Assembly (NCBI GenBank): GCA_965204745.1
Contig: OZ242010.1
Location: 4,480,001-4,544,000, forward strand
Reading direction: 5' to 3'
DNA from: Candidatus Latescibacterota bacterium
Lineage (GTDB): Bacteria > Latescibacterota > UBA2968
DNA length: 64,000 nt
The position numbers and the translations under genes were made by a program. Shown piece by piece: positions 1 to 9,133 of the stretch. The notes under the pieces were generated by a model that made no database searches, had not been told where the DNA came from, and saw only the letters and a list, made by a program, of their open reading frames with translations. The stretch's first letter is position 1, and every line of letters begins with the position of its first letter.

Positions 1-1176
1 TCGCAATGACTTTTTGCATGAGCGCATCCAAGCGTTTGCAAGCCCGTATAACCATTTTGTTGCGTTGCGTAGGCGGTACTATCGCATGTTCAAAAAGTCT
101 CCGAGCAAAAACGATTTGATTAAGCATGTTGCCAAATTAAAAAAAACCGAACGGTTTGCTTGGTGGCATACCTTGCCAAGCCAAGCATTGCAAAACGTCG
201 TTGAGCGCATTTGCTTTGGCTATGACAAGTTTTTCGCAAGAGACAACAAACGACCGCCGAAATTCCGTGCAGGATTTAAGTACAAGTCGTACACGCTCAA
301 ACAAACGGGCTACGAATTTCTCGACGGCAACCGCATAGAACTTGCGTTTGGCGTGCGTGGGCGTGTCAAGCGTGTGTTCAAGTATTTTAAGCATAGAGCG
401 TTTGACGTTGAAAGCGTTAAGACGGTCACAGTCAAACGTGACCGCGTAGGCGATATTTGGCTGTGCATAACGGCATTGTTTGAGAATGAGCCTGTCGTCA
501 CATTCAAGACGGGTAAGACCGCAGGGTTTGACTTTGGACTCAAGCAATATCTCACCGTGTCCGACGGCACTGTCCACAAATCGCCTTTGTTTTTCAAGCG
601 CGGTATTCGCAAGGTCAAAAACGCCCACCGTGACTTGTCTCGCAAGCAAAAGCACAGCAACAACCGTGTGCGTGCGAGACAGCACTTGGCGAGAACCCAT
701 CGCAAAGTTGCAACCGCAAGAGAGACCTACCACTGGCAACTTGCAAATGAACTGTGCAAAAAGTATGACGTGCTTTGCTTTGAGATGTTGAACCTTCAAG
801 GGATGAAAAAACTTTGGGGGCGAAAAGTGAGCGACTTGGGCTTTGCAGACTTTTTGACCAAGTTGCAATGGGTTGCACACAAGCACGGCAAAGTTGTCGA
901 GTTCATCGACAAGTTCTACCCCAGTAGCAAGACGTGTAACGCTTGCGGTACGGTCAATGAGAACTTGCAACTGCGTGACCGTGTGTTCAACTGCCCATGC
1001 GGTTGGACGTGCGACAGAGACGACAACGCCGCGCTCAATATACACAAGGTTGGGTTGACAACCTTTGCAGGAGAGACCGTAAGACGCCTGTCCGCATGAA
1101 GGCGCAGTCTTGTCGATAGCACAACCTACGCTGAAGTGGGGCTGAAGCCCCGATGTTTTAGCGCGGGGTTCTTCAC
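1..1176 (+). mobile_element. IS200/IS605-family element (3' part; left end outside window)
   Basis: tnpB followed by subterminal hairpin GAAGCCCCG-atgttttagcg-CGGGGTTCTTC ending in TTCAC at 1172-1176, after which sequence switches abruptly to an in-frame Fic C-terminus. Confidence 0.8.
2..1099 (+). CDS. tnpB: RNA-guided endonuclease TnpB (5' end truncated by window edge)
   Basis: RuvC-I GFDFG, RuvC-II CFEMLNL, PSSKTCNACG...CPCG zinc ribbon, RuvC-III DRDDNAALNI; frame open back to base 2. Confidence 0.93.
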   Translation, partial: RNDFLHERIQAFASPYNHFVALRRRYYRMFKKSPSKNDLIKHVAKLKKTERFAWWHTLPSQALQNVVERICFGYDKFFARDNKRPPKFRAGFKYKSYTLKQTGYEFLDGNRIELAFGVRGRVKRVFKYFKHRAFDVESVKTVTVKRDRVGDIWLCITALFENEPVVTFKTGKTAGFDFGLKQYLTVSDGTVHKSPLFFKRGIRKVKNAHRDLSRKQKHSNNRVRARQHLARTHRKVATARETYHWQLANELCKKYDVLCFEMLNLQGMKKLWGRKVSDLGFADFLTKLQWVAHKHGKVVEFIDKFYPSSKTCNACGTVNENLQLRDRVFNCPCGWTCDRDDNAALNIHKVGLTTFAGETVRRLSA

Positions 1177-1569
1177 TACGAGTTGCTGACGCATGTGCGC
1201 CGCACCGGCGATTGGGAGGCATGGCTCGCTTTCTTTTTTGAAGGTGTACGGGTGACAGCAGAGGGGGCCGTCGCCACATCCCGTCGCTTGTCGGATCTGT
1301 TCGCATCTGACCGGGCAGTCATCGAGCGACAAAAAGGCCGTCGCGTAGGCTCGATCTTGCGCGTCCATGAATCCCTGAAGGCGCGGCCGATTCTGTCCCT
1401 ACCTGAGATACGCAATCGCACGGCACTCTCCTTTTCCACCGCATCCTCGGCGATGGAATGGCTCGTCGAACACGGCATTGCGCGTGAGATCACGGGCAAA
1501 CGCCGAGATCGCTTGTTCGTCTATGACCAGTATCTCGCCATCCTGAATGAAGGCACCGAGGCACTCTGA
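1177..1569 (+). pseudogene. C-terminal part of a Fic-family protein with HTH, interrupted by the tnpB element
   Basis: YELLTHVRRTGDWEAWLAFF...GIAREITGKRRDRLFVYDQYLAIL is typical of Fic protein C-termini; no Fic active-site motif and no RBS-backed start. Confidence 0.75.
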
Positions 1570-1639
1570 TGCCGGGCTTGACTTTCTTTTTTTTTCTTTT
1601 AGAATACACGACGAATAGACGAGCCACACCTGACCACTA

Positions 1640-1687
1640 AGTTGTCAGTTGTCAGTTGTCAGTTGTCAGTTGTCAGTTGTCAGTCCC
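1640..1687. repeat. Heptamer tandem array (AGTTGTC)x6 ending in AGTCCC
   Basis: Read directly from sequence. Confidence 0.95.
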
Positions 1688-1853
1688 TGCCCCAACACCT
1701 CCAAAACCCGACGCACTTCGCAGATTGGGGTACAATGGGCTACTTTTCGAGCCTGTTCACCGCCCCGTTGTACGCCGCTCCGCAGATTCTTACCGCCGGG
1801 ATACCCGATGTAAAGGCGAAAAATTTTTGCCATAAAATGAAAGGATTTACGCC

Positions 1854-3617
1854 ATGCCATCTGAATCCAATCGCCGCGAGCAACCCATCCTCTACGAACC
1901 CGACGAACGACCGCCGCATACCATCACTTTTGCACTCGGGTTTCAGGCCGCAATGCTCACTATCGCGGGCATCGTGTTCACGCCCGTCATCGTGGTGCGG
2001 GCCGCGGGTGCGAACGAGGTGTATCTGGCTTGGGCGGTCTTTGGGGCGCTGGTCGTCAGCGGCCTGACCACAGTGCTGCAAGCCGTGCGCGTGTGGCGCA
2101 TTGGCGCGGGCTACATCCTCCTGATGGGCACGTCGGGGGCGTTCATCGCGGTCTGCGTCACCGCGCTTGCCGATGGGGGACCGGCGATGCTGGCAACCCT
2201 CGTCATCATCTCGTCCCTGTTCCAATTCGCGCTTTCGGCGCGCCTCTCCCTGCTGCGGCGGATCATCACGCCCACCGTGGCCGGCACCGTGATCATGCTG
2301 ATCTCCGTGACCGTTATGCCCATCGTTTTTGAGATGTTGACAGACGTGCCCGAAGGAACGCCGCCCGCTGCCGCGCCCGTTAGCGCGCTTGCGACCTTGT
2401 TCGTCATCGTGGTGCTCGTGCTCAGGGTTTCGGGCGTGTGGCGTCTGTGGGTGCCCCTCATCGGGATTGTCGCGGGGTGCATCGCGGCTTCGTTCTTCGG
2501 CTTGTACGACATCCAGCGCGTTGTCGACGCCTCGTGGATTGGCATTCCCAAAGGCGGTGGTTGGCCGGGCTTTGACCTCGGCTTTGGCCCTGTTTTCTGG
2601 TCGCTCCTGCCCGCTTTCATTTTTGTGACCATGGTCGGAGCTATCGAAACAATTGGCGATTCCATCGCGATCCAAAGGGTCTCTTGGCGCGCAGACCGGG
2701 CGCCGGACTTTCGCGCTGTGCAAGGCGCGGTCACCGCAGATGGCATGGGCAACCTGCTGTCTGGCCTCGTGGGCACCGTGCCCAACACGACCTACTCGTC
2801 CAGCGTTGCCATTACAGAACTCACCGGCGTTGCGGCGCGCGGCGTGGGCGTGTGCATTGGCGCGGTCTTTGTGGCGGCGGCCTTTTTGCCCAAAGTGTCC
2901 GCCCTGCTCTTGGCGATTCCCAATCCCGTGGTCGCGGCTTATGTGACCGTGTTGCTGGCTTTGCTCTTTGTGCTGGGCATGCGAATCGTGGTTCAAGACG
3001 GCGTGGATTACCGCAAGGCGACCGTGGCCGGGGTCGCGTTCTGGGTTGGCGTGGGCTTCCAAAATCAGGTCATTTTCGCGGACTACCTGGGCGACTGGTG
3101 GGGGTCCCTGCTCGGCAATGGCATGACGGCCGGGGGGCTTACGGCGATTCTGCTGACCCTGTTCATGGAACTGATGGGCTCGTGGCCGAAACGCATCGAG
3201 ACCGAACTGCGCGTGGATGCGTTGCCCCGGATCAGGGTCTTTTTGGAAAAATTCGTCACCCGCAGGGGTTGGAATGAGGAAATGGTGGATCGGCTGTATC
3301 TCGCTACCGAGGAAACCCTCTTGTTGCTCATCCAACAAGACGAGGACGAACAAGTGGCGAAACGCCTGTTGCTGATCGCACGCGGCGATGAGCGCACCGC
3401 GTCTTTGGAGTTCATCGCGGCAGTTGGCGACGGGAATATCGAGGATCGCTTGACCTTCCTCACAGAACAGACTGCCGATGCGTCGCTCGAGCATGAAATC
3501 TCGTTGCGATTGTTGCGGCACTTCGCCTCGTCCGTGCGCCATCAGCAATATCACGACGCGGATATCGTCGCGTTGCAAATCGAGGCCCCGATGCGCGAGC
3601 GAAAAGCAAACACATGA
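1854..3617 (+). CDS. NCS2 (uracil/xanthine permease) family transporter with C-terminal RsbW/HATPase-like extension
   Basis: ILYEPDERPP N-terminus, many TM helices, ETIGD, ADGMGNLLSGLVG.VPNTTYS, FLPKVSALLLAIPNPV; about 140-aa soluble C-terminal domain. Confidence 0.85.
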   Translation: MPSESNRREQPILYEPDERPPHTITFALGFQAAMLTIAGIVFTPVIVVRAAGANEVYLAWAVFGALVVSGLTTVLQAVRVWRIGAGYILLMGTSGAFIAVCVTALADGGPAMLATLVIISSLFQFALSARLSLLRRIITPTVAGTVIMLISVTVMPIVFEMLTDVPEGTPPAAAPVSALATLFVIVVLVLRVSGVWRLWVPLIGIVAGCIAASFFGLYDIQRVVDASWIGIPKGGGWPGFDLGFGPVFWSLLPAFIFVTMVGAIETIGDSIAIQRVSWRADRAPDFRAVQGAVTADGMGNLLSGLVGTVPNTTYSSSVAITELTGVAARGVGVCIGAVFVAAAFLPKVSALLLAIPNPVVAAYVTVLLALLFVLGMRIVVQDGVDYRKATVAGVAFWVGVGFQNQVIFADYLGDWWGSLLGNGMTAGGLTAILLTLFMELMGSWPKRIETELRVDALPRIRVFLEKFVTRRGWNEEMVDRLYLATEETLLLLIQQDEDEQVAKRLLLIARGDERTASLEFIAAVGDGNIEDRLTFLTEQTADASLEHEISLRLLRHFASSVRHQQYHDADIVALQIEAPMRERKANT

Positions 3618-3646
3618 GGCAATCACCCAAAACACAGAGGTGCGAT

Positions 3647-4135
3647 ATGGCGGATTTTAAGACGATGGCGACAGAGGTGGGGGCATTGCTCAAAGAACGA
3701 GGGCAAAGCGTGGCGGTGGCAGAGTCCTCGTCGGGCGGCCTGCTTTGCGCGGCACTTTTGGCCGTGCCGGGGGCTTCGGCGTATTTCAAGGGCGGCGGCG
3801 CGTGTTATACGGGCGATGCCAAGCAAATTCTGATGGGCGTTTCAGACGCGGCCATGCGAGATGCGCGGTCCGCCACCGAACCCCATGCCCTGCATCTCGC
3901 ACGCGCGGCGCGCAAACGCTTGGCCGCGGATTGGGGCATCGGCGAAACCGGCGCCGCAGGCCCAACCGGCAATCGGTACGGCGATCCGCCCGGCCATACG
4001 TGCATCGGCATTGCAGGCCCAAACACAGAGCGGGCCATAACTATCGCAACCGGTAGCGAGAACCGGGGCGACAACATGGAAGCCTTCGCCCGTGCAGCAC
4101 TCGATCTGCTGTCCAAATGTTTGCAACAGACGTGA
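3647..4135 (+). CDS. CinA C-terminal domain protein / NMN amidohydrolase (PncC family)
   Basis: VAVAESSSGGLL, PGASAYFKGG, GETGAAGPTG motifs; alternative start 3614 overlaps upstream stop. Confidence 0.88.
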   Translation: MADFKTMATEVGALLKERGQSVAVAESSSGGLLCAALLAVPGASAYFKGGGACYTGDAKQILMGVSDAAMRDARSATEPHALHLARAARKRLAADWGIGETGAAGPTGNRYGDPPGHTCIGIAGPNTERAITIATGSENRGDNMEAFARAALDLLSKCLQQT

Positions 4136-4143
4136 GGGAAAAA

Positions 4144-4254
4144 TCAGTAGTCAGTAGTCAGTAGTCAGTAGTCAGTAGTCAGTAGTCAGTAGTCAGTAGT
4201 CAGTAGTCAGTAGTCAGTAGTCAGTAGTCAGTAGTCAGTGGTCAGTAGTCAGTA
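4144..4254. repeat. Heptamer tandem array (TCAGTAG)x~16, continuing after the MITE at 4680-4706
   Basis: Read directly; one unit is TCAGTGG. Confidence 0.95.
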
Positions 4255-4679
4255 GGTTCTGTTGACATTTATGAGCAAAGCAACTGGCTTGAGCGGTTTA
4301 TCGAGAAAATCAAGCCCTATCGCAGAATATGCTCTCGGTTTGAGAAACTGGAATAGTCGCTCCTTATCGGGACCTACCCCCTAACCCCCTTCCTGCGAGG
4401 AAGGGGGAACTGTGAGCGGTTTTGCGAGGGGATTGATGAGGGATATTTAATCGCTTTATGCCCTCGTGCCACGCCATCAGAGTAACCAGAGCGAGAAGCT
4501 ATCAAAGGTGCTTTACTCCCCTTTCCTCGTAGGAAAGGGGCCGGGGGATAGGTCCCCTCGCGCCACGCCATCAGAGCCACCCTAGAGATAAGCCATCAAA
4601 GGATCAAACGCATTAAATGAGCAAGCAACACATTTGCTAATCTGTGCGTAACGTAAAAAAATAAAATGTCAACACAACC
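4255..4679. mobile_element. MITE family A (425 bp, 16-bp TIRs, TA duplication)
   Basis: Left GGTTCTGTTGACATTT, right AAATGTCAACACAACC (15/16 inverted match); TA on both sides (4253-54, 4680-81); heptamer array resumes in register; no transposase inside. Confidence 0.8.
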
Positions 4680-4734
4680 TAGTCAGTAGTCAGTGGTCAG
4701 TCCCCCATTGCGGGGAGAGGTCAAGGAGGATGAA

Positions 4735-5967
4735 ATGGCGACATTGGCACTTTTGGGTGGCGAAGCCGAGGTAAAGGAAAAGGTGACTATCCCCTGGCCC
4801 ATGTACGATGCCACCGAGAAAGAGGCACTCGTCGAGGTGCTGGAAAGTCGGTCGTGGAACAATGCCGCGAAGTGTCGGGAATTTGAAGAGACGTTCGCCG
4901 CATTTCAAGACGCGAAATACGGGATCGCGTGTACGGGCGGCACTGTGGCGCTGGAAATGATCTGCCGCGCTGCGGGCATTGGCATCGGCGATGAGGTCAT
5001 CACGAGTGCGTACACGTTTATCGGGACGTGTACCGGGATTCTCAAAGCGGGGGCCACGGTTGTTTTTTGCGATATCGATCCCGACACCAACAATCTCGAC
5101 GTGGCGGAAGTCGAGAGCCTGATAACGGATCGCACCAAGGCGATTATGCCCGTGCATTTTGGCGGGTTGGCGTGCGATCTCCAGCGGTTGTTGGACATTG
5201 CGGCCCGGCATGACCTCGCGATTTTGGAAGACGCGGCGCACGGGTGGGGATCGACCTATCGGGAGCGCGGCCTGGGCAGTTGGGGCTTGGCGTCGGGGTT
5301 TTCGTTTCAGCAGAGCAAAAACATGACCGGAGGCGATGGCGGCATTGCCCTGACCGATGACGAGGCCATAGCCGACGCGATCTCCTGCGCGGTCAATGTC
5401 GGGCGGTCGCGGTATGGGCATACGGATGCGTCTCGGCAATGGGGCGGCAATCACCGAATGACGGAGTTTGTCGCCGCGGTCTTGTCGTGTCAGTTGAAAC
5501 GCATTCCCGAACACGCGGAAATCAGAGAACAAAACGGGGCGATGCTGACGCGCACCTTGTCGGACATCGAGGGCCTCGAGCCGATTCACCGATCCGAAGA
5601 CGCGACCCGCGTGAACTGGCATGTGTACGGCGCGCGCTATCTCGCCGAAGCCTTTGCAGGCGTTCCCCGCGAGGTATTTGTCAAAGCGATGCGCGCCGAG
5701 GGCGTGCCGATCAGCACGGGATACGACGCGCCCGTGTACAAACATCCGGTTTTTCAAGCGGATTGGAACGCCGGGGAGTACACGCCCTTTGCGTGGACGA
5801 GCACACAGGATTATCGCACCTTGCACCTGCCAAAAGTCGAGCAATACTGCAAAGAACGGCTGTCGATCAGCCAGACGACCTTGCTGGCATCCGAGACCCA
5901 AATGCGAGATGTGGCACGCGCATTTGTCAAGGTTCGTGAAAATGCGGATCAACTCCGCGGCGAGTAA
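4735..5967 (+). CDS. DegT/DnrJ/EryC1/StrS family PLP-dependent aminotransferase
   Basis: GTVAL, PVHFGG, EDAAHGWG, FSFQQSKNMTGGDGG (PLP lysine); GGAGG RBS. Confidence 0.92.
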   Translation: MATLALLGGEAEVKEKVTIPWPMYDATEKEALVEVLESRSWNNAAKCREFEETFAAFQDAKYGIACTGGTVALEMICRAAGIGIGDEVITSAYTFIGTCTGILKAGATVVFCDIDPDTNNLDVAEVESLITDRTKAIMPVHFGGLACDLQRLLDIAARHDLAILEDAAHGWGSTYRERGLGSWGLASGFSFQQSKNMTGGDGGIALTDDEAIADAISCAVNVGRSRYGHTDASRQWGGNHRMTEFVAAVLSCQLKRIPEHAEIREQNGAMLTRTLSDIEGLEPIHRSEDATRVNWHVYGARYLAEAFAGVPREVFVKAMRAEGVPISTGYDAPVYKHPVFQADWNAGEYTPFAWTSTQDYRTLHLPKVEQYCKERLSISQTTLLASETQMRDVARAFVKVRENADQLRGE

Positions 5968-5970
5968 AAG

Positions 5971-6070
5971 TCAGTAGTCAGTAGTCAGTAGTCAGTAGTC
6001 AGTAGTCAGTAGTCAGTAGTCAGTAGTCAGTAGTCAGTAGTCAGTAGTCAGTAGTCAGTAGTCAGTCCCC
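5971..6070. repeat. Heptamer tandem array (TCAGTAG)x13 ending in TCAGTCCCC
   Basis: Read directly; begins 3 nt after the aminotransferase stop. Confidence 0.95.
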
Positions 6071-6106
6071 GCCCTGCCACCCCAAAGGCAGAAAAAAAAA
6101 GTAATC

Positions 6107-6134
6107 GTAGGGGCGGTGCCCCCGTGCCCGCCCT
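6107..6134 (+). repeat. GTAG-type REP-like palindrome
   Basis: GTAG followed by GGGCGG...CCGCCC stem. Confidence 0.6.
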
Positions 6135-6165
6135 TATCCTGTCCATCTTTTTTGAGGAGAATTTC

Positions 6166-6885
6166 ATGTTTGAACGAGCGATTGGCTTGAAGCAGAAATA
6201 CCGCAATGGGGAACGCATCCTCGGCGTGTCCATGGCACCGAACACCCCTGCGGATCGGTTTGACGAGATTATGGATCGCGATGATTACGACTTCGTGTCT
6301 ATCGACAGCCAGCACACGCCCTTGAGCGAAGAGCGCGTCGCCGCGTTTTGCGACATGGCCGCAGAGCGCGATGTGTTCGTGCAGTTTCGGATCAAGCACA
6401 CGCGCAATGCCTATTTGATCGGCAATTATCTCGACTTGGGGCCGTGCGGGATCGAGATTCCGCAGACCGAGACCGAGGATACGGTCGATGACGCCTTGCA
6501 CTATTTTTATTATCCACCGGCGGGTGGGCGCAGTTTTGGCGGAGCGCATCGGCGCAGCGCATCAGACAAGAGCACGGAGGAATACGCGGCTTGGTGGAAC
6601 AGCTTTGGGGTGTTGTGGTTGCAGATCGAATCGGTCGAGGCGGCCACGCGCGGGCACCTGCTCGCAAAACCGGGCGTGGATTGTCTGTCGATAGGTCCGA
6701 CAGACCTGTCCGTGAACATCGAGGCGCATCCGCAACACTGGTTGAAATCCGTGGATGATACCATCGCGTATTTGTGCAAATCCCTGCAAGGCACTGGCGT
6801 GGCCGTATGCCACCGCAACCGCACGCCCGACACACGCGAAAAATACGCCGACCTGGGCGTCACGGTTTTTTTGGAGAATGCCTGA
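6166..6885 (+). CDS. HpcH/HpaI aldolase family protein
   Basis: YDFVSIDSQH, YLDLGPCGIEIPQ, YPPAGGRSFG, QIES, GVDCLSIGPTDLS; GAGGAG RBS. Confidence 0.85.
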   Translation: MFERAIGLKQKYRNGERILGVSMAPNTPADRFDEIMDRDDYDFVSIDSQHTPLSEERVAAFCDMAAERDVFVQFRIKHTRNAYLIGNYLDLGPCGIEIPQTETEDTVDDALHYFYYPPAGGRSFGGAHRRSASDKSTEEYAAWWNSFGVLWLQIESVEAATRGHLLAKPGVDCLSIGPTDLSVNIEAHPQHWLKSVDDTIAYLCKSLQGTGVAVCHRNRTPDTREKYADLGVTVFLENA

Positions 6886-6933
6886 AAGGCAGTTGAATCG
6901 GCGATTCGTAAGCCGATCTGTGGAGGAGCGAAC

Positions 6934-8127
6934 ATGCCTACGAATGAGGTGAATGTAGCGGATTTTTTCAACGCGGAATCCCCGACCTGTGGGTTGGAGG
7001 ATGCGATTGCATCTTTGCCGGAAACAGGAGGCGGGGTTCGCATTCCGGCGGGCACTTATCCGTTGCGTAAGACCTTGTACGTGCCTAGCCGCGTGAGCTT
7101 GATCGGCGATGGGCCGGCGACCGCGTTGACGATTTTGCCCTTGCAAGTCGCCCCTTTGGCCCGTGATATTCACAAAGGGGAGCGGGTCTTGACCTGCACG
7201 AGCAAACCGCCTTTTCGCGTGGGCGAAGGCATCGGCGTGTGCGATGACGATCACAGGGGATGGTGGGGCACGCACGGCGAGGTCGAACGCGTTGAAGGCG
7301 TGCGCGTGTGGATGAACGTGCCGTTTGAGCGGGACTTGTCCGCGAGCCGCAATGCGCGGGCCGTGAATCTGTTCCCCGGGATCTGGGCAGAGGGGGAAAC
7401 GGATATCGCAATCCGCGATTTGACCCTCAAAGGCCCGGAAAACTACGAAGGCGCGTGGTGGGATTTTACGTACTCGGCGATGCACATTGTCGCGTGTGAG
7501 CGCGTGCGGATTCTGAATTGTTCGGTCTTTGGCTGGCCGAGCGATGGGTTTGGGATTCAGCGCGGTTGCGATGTACAAGTGGCGCACTGTCAGGCACACG
7601 GATGTCGCGGGCACGGGTTTCATCCCGGCACCGGCTTGGCGCGCAGCATTTGGTCGCACAACATCGGGAAGGGCAATGGGGGCGACGGGTATTACTTCTG
7701 TGCGCGGGTGCATCATTCGGTGTGTAGCGACAGCGTGTTTTCCGAAAACGGGCAACACGGTATCGGCGGGGTCGCCAATGGCGGGGATCACCACAACATC
7801 GCGTCCAACAATGTGTGTTCGCACAACGGCATGTGTGGGATCGACGCAAACAGAGGGGAAGAACAAGTGATGACCGGCAATCTGTTGCTGGGCAATTCGC
7901 GGGCAGAGCCGGGAAAATACCCCGGCATCCGCGTACACGACTTGACCCACTCGATCATCCAAGGCAACCGGTGTGCAGATGATCGGGAACCACAGACGCA
8001 ACAGAAGGGCATTGAAGAAAGCGGCGCGAGCGATTACAACTTGATCAGCGGCAATCTGTGCGCGGGCATGGCGCAGGCCATCGCCATTGTGGGCAGGCAC
8101 AGCCGCGCAGAGGGAAATTTGGTATGA
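6934..8127 (+). CDS. Right-handed parallel beta-helix (pectate-lyase-like) protein
   Basis: GGGVRIPAGTY N-terminal motif and repeated N/G-rich strands (SENGQHGI, SHNGMCGI, ISGNLC). Confidence 0.8.
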   Translation: MPTNEVNVADFFNAESPTCGLEDAIASLPETGGGVRIPAGTYPLRKTLYVPSRVSLIGDGPATALTILPLQVAPLARDIHKGERVLTCTSKPPFRVGEGIGVCDDDHRGWWGTHGEVERVEGVRVWMNVPFERDLSASRNARAVNLFPGIWAEGETDIAIRDLTLKGPENYEGAWWDFTYSAMHIVACERVRILNCSVFGWPSDGFGIQRGCDVQVAHCQAHGCRGHGFHPGTGLARSIWSHNIGKGNGGDGYYFCARVHHSVCSDSVFSENGQHGIGGVANGGDHHNIASNNVCSHNGMCGIDANRGEEQVMTGNLLLGNSRAEPGKYPGIRVHDLTHSIIQGNRCADDREPQTQQKGIEESGASDYNLISGNLCAGMAQAIAIVGRHSRAEGNLV

Positions 8128-9077
8128 TGGATGCCCGTCATATTTCAGATAGAGACATCGCTTCGGTCATGACCGCGCGGGATTTTGTGAACAGTTGCGA
8201 CGAGGCGTTTCGATTCTACGGATCGGGGCAAATGACAAATCCCCCGCGCAAAGAAGAGGTCATGCGCGAGGGAAATTTGGACGTGTTTCGCTTGGTGATG
8301 CCGGGCCGGTGGAAAGGGAAATTTCAGGGGCAAAAGGTCCTCGAAGAGCGTTCCGATGTCAAAACCGGGCGGTTGGGCGAGAGAACAGCGGTGATCGAAT
8401 TGGAAGACGTACGCGGGCAGACGCATGTGGTTGTGGATGCCGAACACATCACCGACATGCGAACGGGCGCGGCAGGCGCGTTGGGCGCGAAATACCTGGC
8501 AAAAACTCCGGTACGCACCGCGGCGATTCTGGGCACGGGCCGCATTGCACGGGCATTGGCGCGGTGTATCGACATAGCACTCGGGCCAAAACTCATGCGG
8601 GTGACGAGCAGAACGCCGGAAAAACGTGCGGCTTATGCAGCAGCGGTCGCGCCGGCTATTCAGTGCGACTTGGACGTGGTTGAAGACATCGAAACCTGTA
8701 TTGATGGCGCAGACGCCATTTTTACCTGCGTGCCAACGCCCGAGCCGATCTTGCGCGATGCCGCAGATCACGTACACATTTCCGTGCTAGGCGGCGATGG
8801 GCGCACCACGCAGTTGCAACCGGGATTGTTAAAGCGGCGAATCGTGGTGGCAGATCACGCAGAGCAAGTGCTTTTGTCCGGCGAATTTCTCGCGTTGCGC
8901 GATCTGGATGAGACGCCCCGATGGGCGAAAAATTCAGCGGGTCAGATCTCGACTATCGGGCATGCGGCATTGGGGCAGTTGGAACATTTGCGCGGGCAGG
9001 GGAGTATCGCGTACTTCAGCGGGCTGGCAATCCAAGATATTCACGCAGCAGCAACCGCGTGGCGAAAACTGCGGTGA
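8124..9077 (+). CDS. Ornithine cyclodeaminase/mu-crystallin family protein
   Basis: ITDMRTGAAGALGAKYLA, ILGTGRIA Rossmann motif, SGLAIQD; ATGA overlap with upstream gene. Confidence 0.88.
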   Translation: MMDARHISDRDIASVMTARDFVNSCDEAFRFYGSGQMTNPPRKEEVMREGNLDVFRLVMPGRWKGKFQGQKVLEERSDVKTGRLGERTAVIELEDVRGQTHVVVDAEHITDMRTGAAGALGAKYLAKTPVRTAAILGTGRIARALARCIDIALGPKLMRVTSRTPEKRAAYAAAVAPAIQCDLDVVEDIETCIDGADAIFTCVPTPEPILRDAADHVHISVLGGDGRTTQLQPGLLKRRIVVADHAEQVLLSGEFLALRDLDETPRWAKNSAGQISTIGHAALGQLEHLRGQGSIAYFSGLAIQDIHAAATAWRKLR

Positions 9078-9103
9078 TCTGTTGAATGTCCAGTTGCAAA
9101 ACC

Positions 9104-9133
9104 AAAAGGCAGGCCCTCGCGCCCGCCTTTTTT
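9104..9133 (+). terminator. Intrinsic terminator
   Basis: AAAAGGCAGGC-cctcgc-GCCCGCCTTTTTT hairpin plus T run downstream of the operon. Confidence 0.6.

Noticed and set aside
2-1099. TnpB as Cas12f, or the element as an IStron
   Set aside because: No CRISPR array follows and an IS-type right end is present; no group I intron features are visible, although the left part is outside the window
1740-3635. Long antisense ORFs (also 6562-8100, 23280-24872, 43196-45175, 55944-57881)
   Set aside because: Shadow frames of well-supported genes, expected in GC-rich DNA
4144-6070. Tandem arrays as CRISPR
   Set aside because: 7-bp head-to-tail units with no spacers and no cas genes
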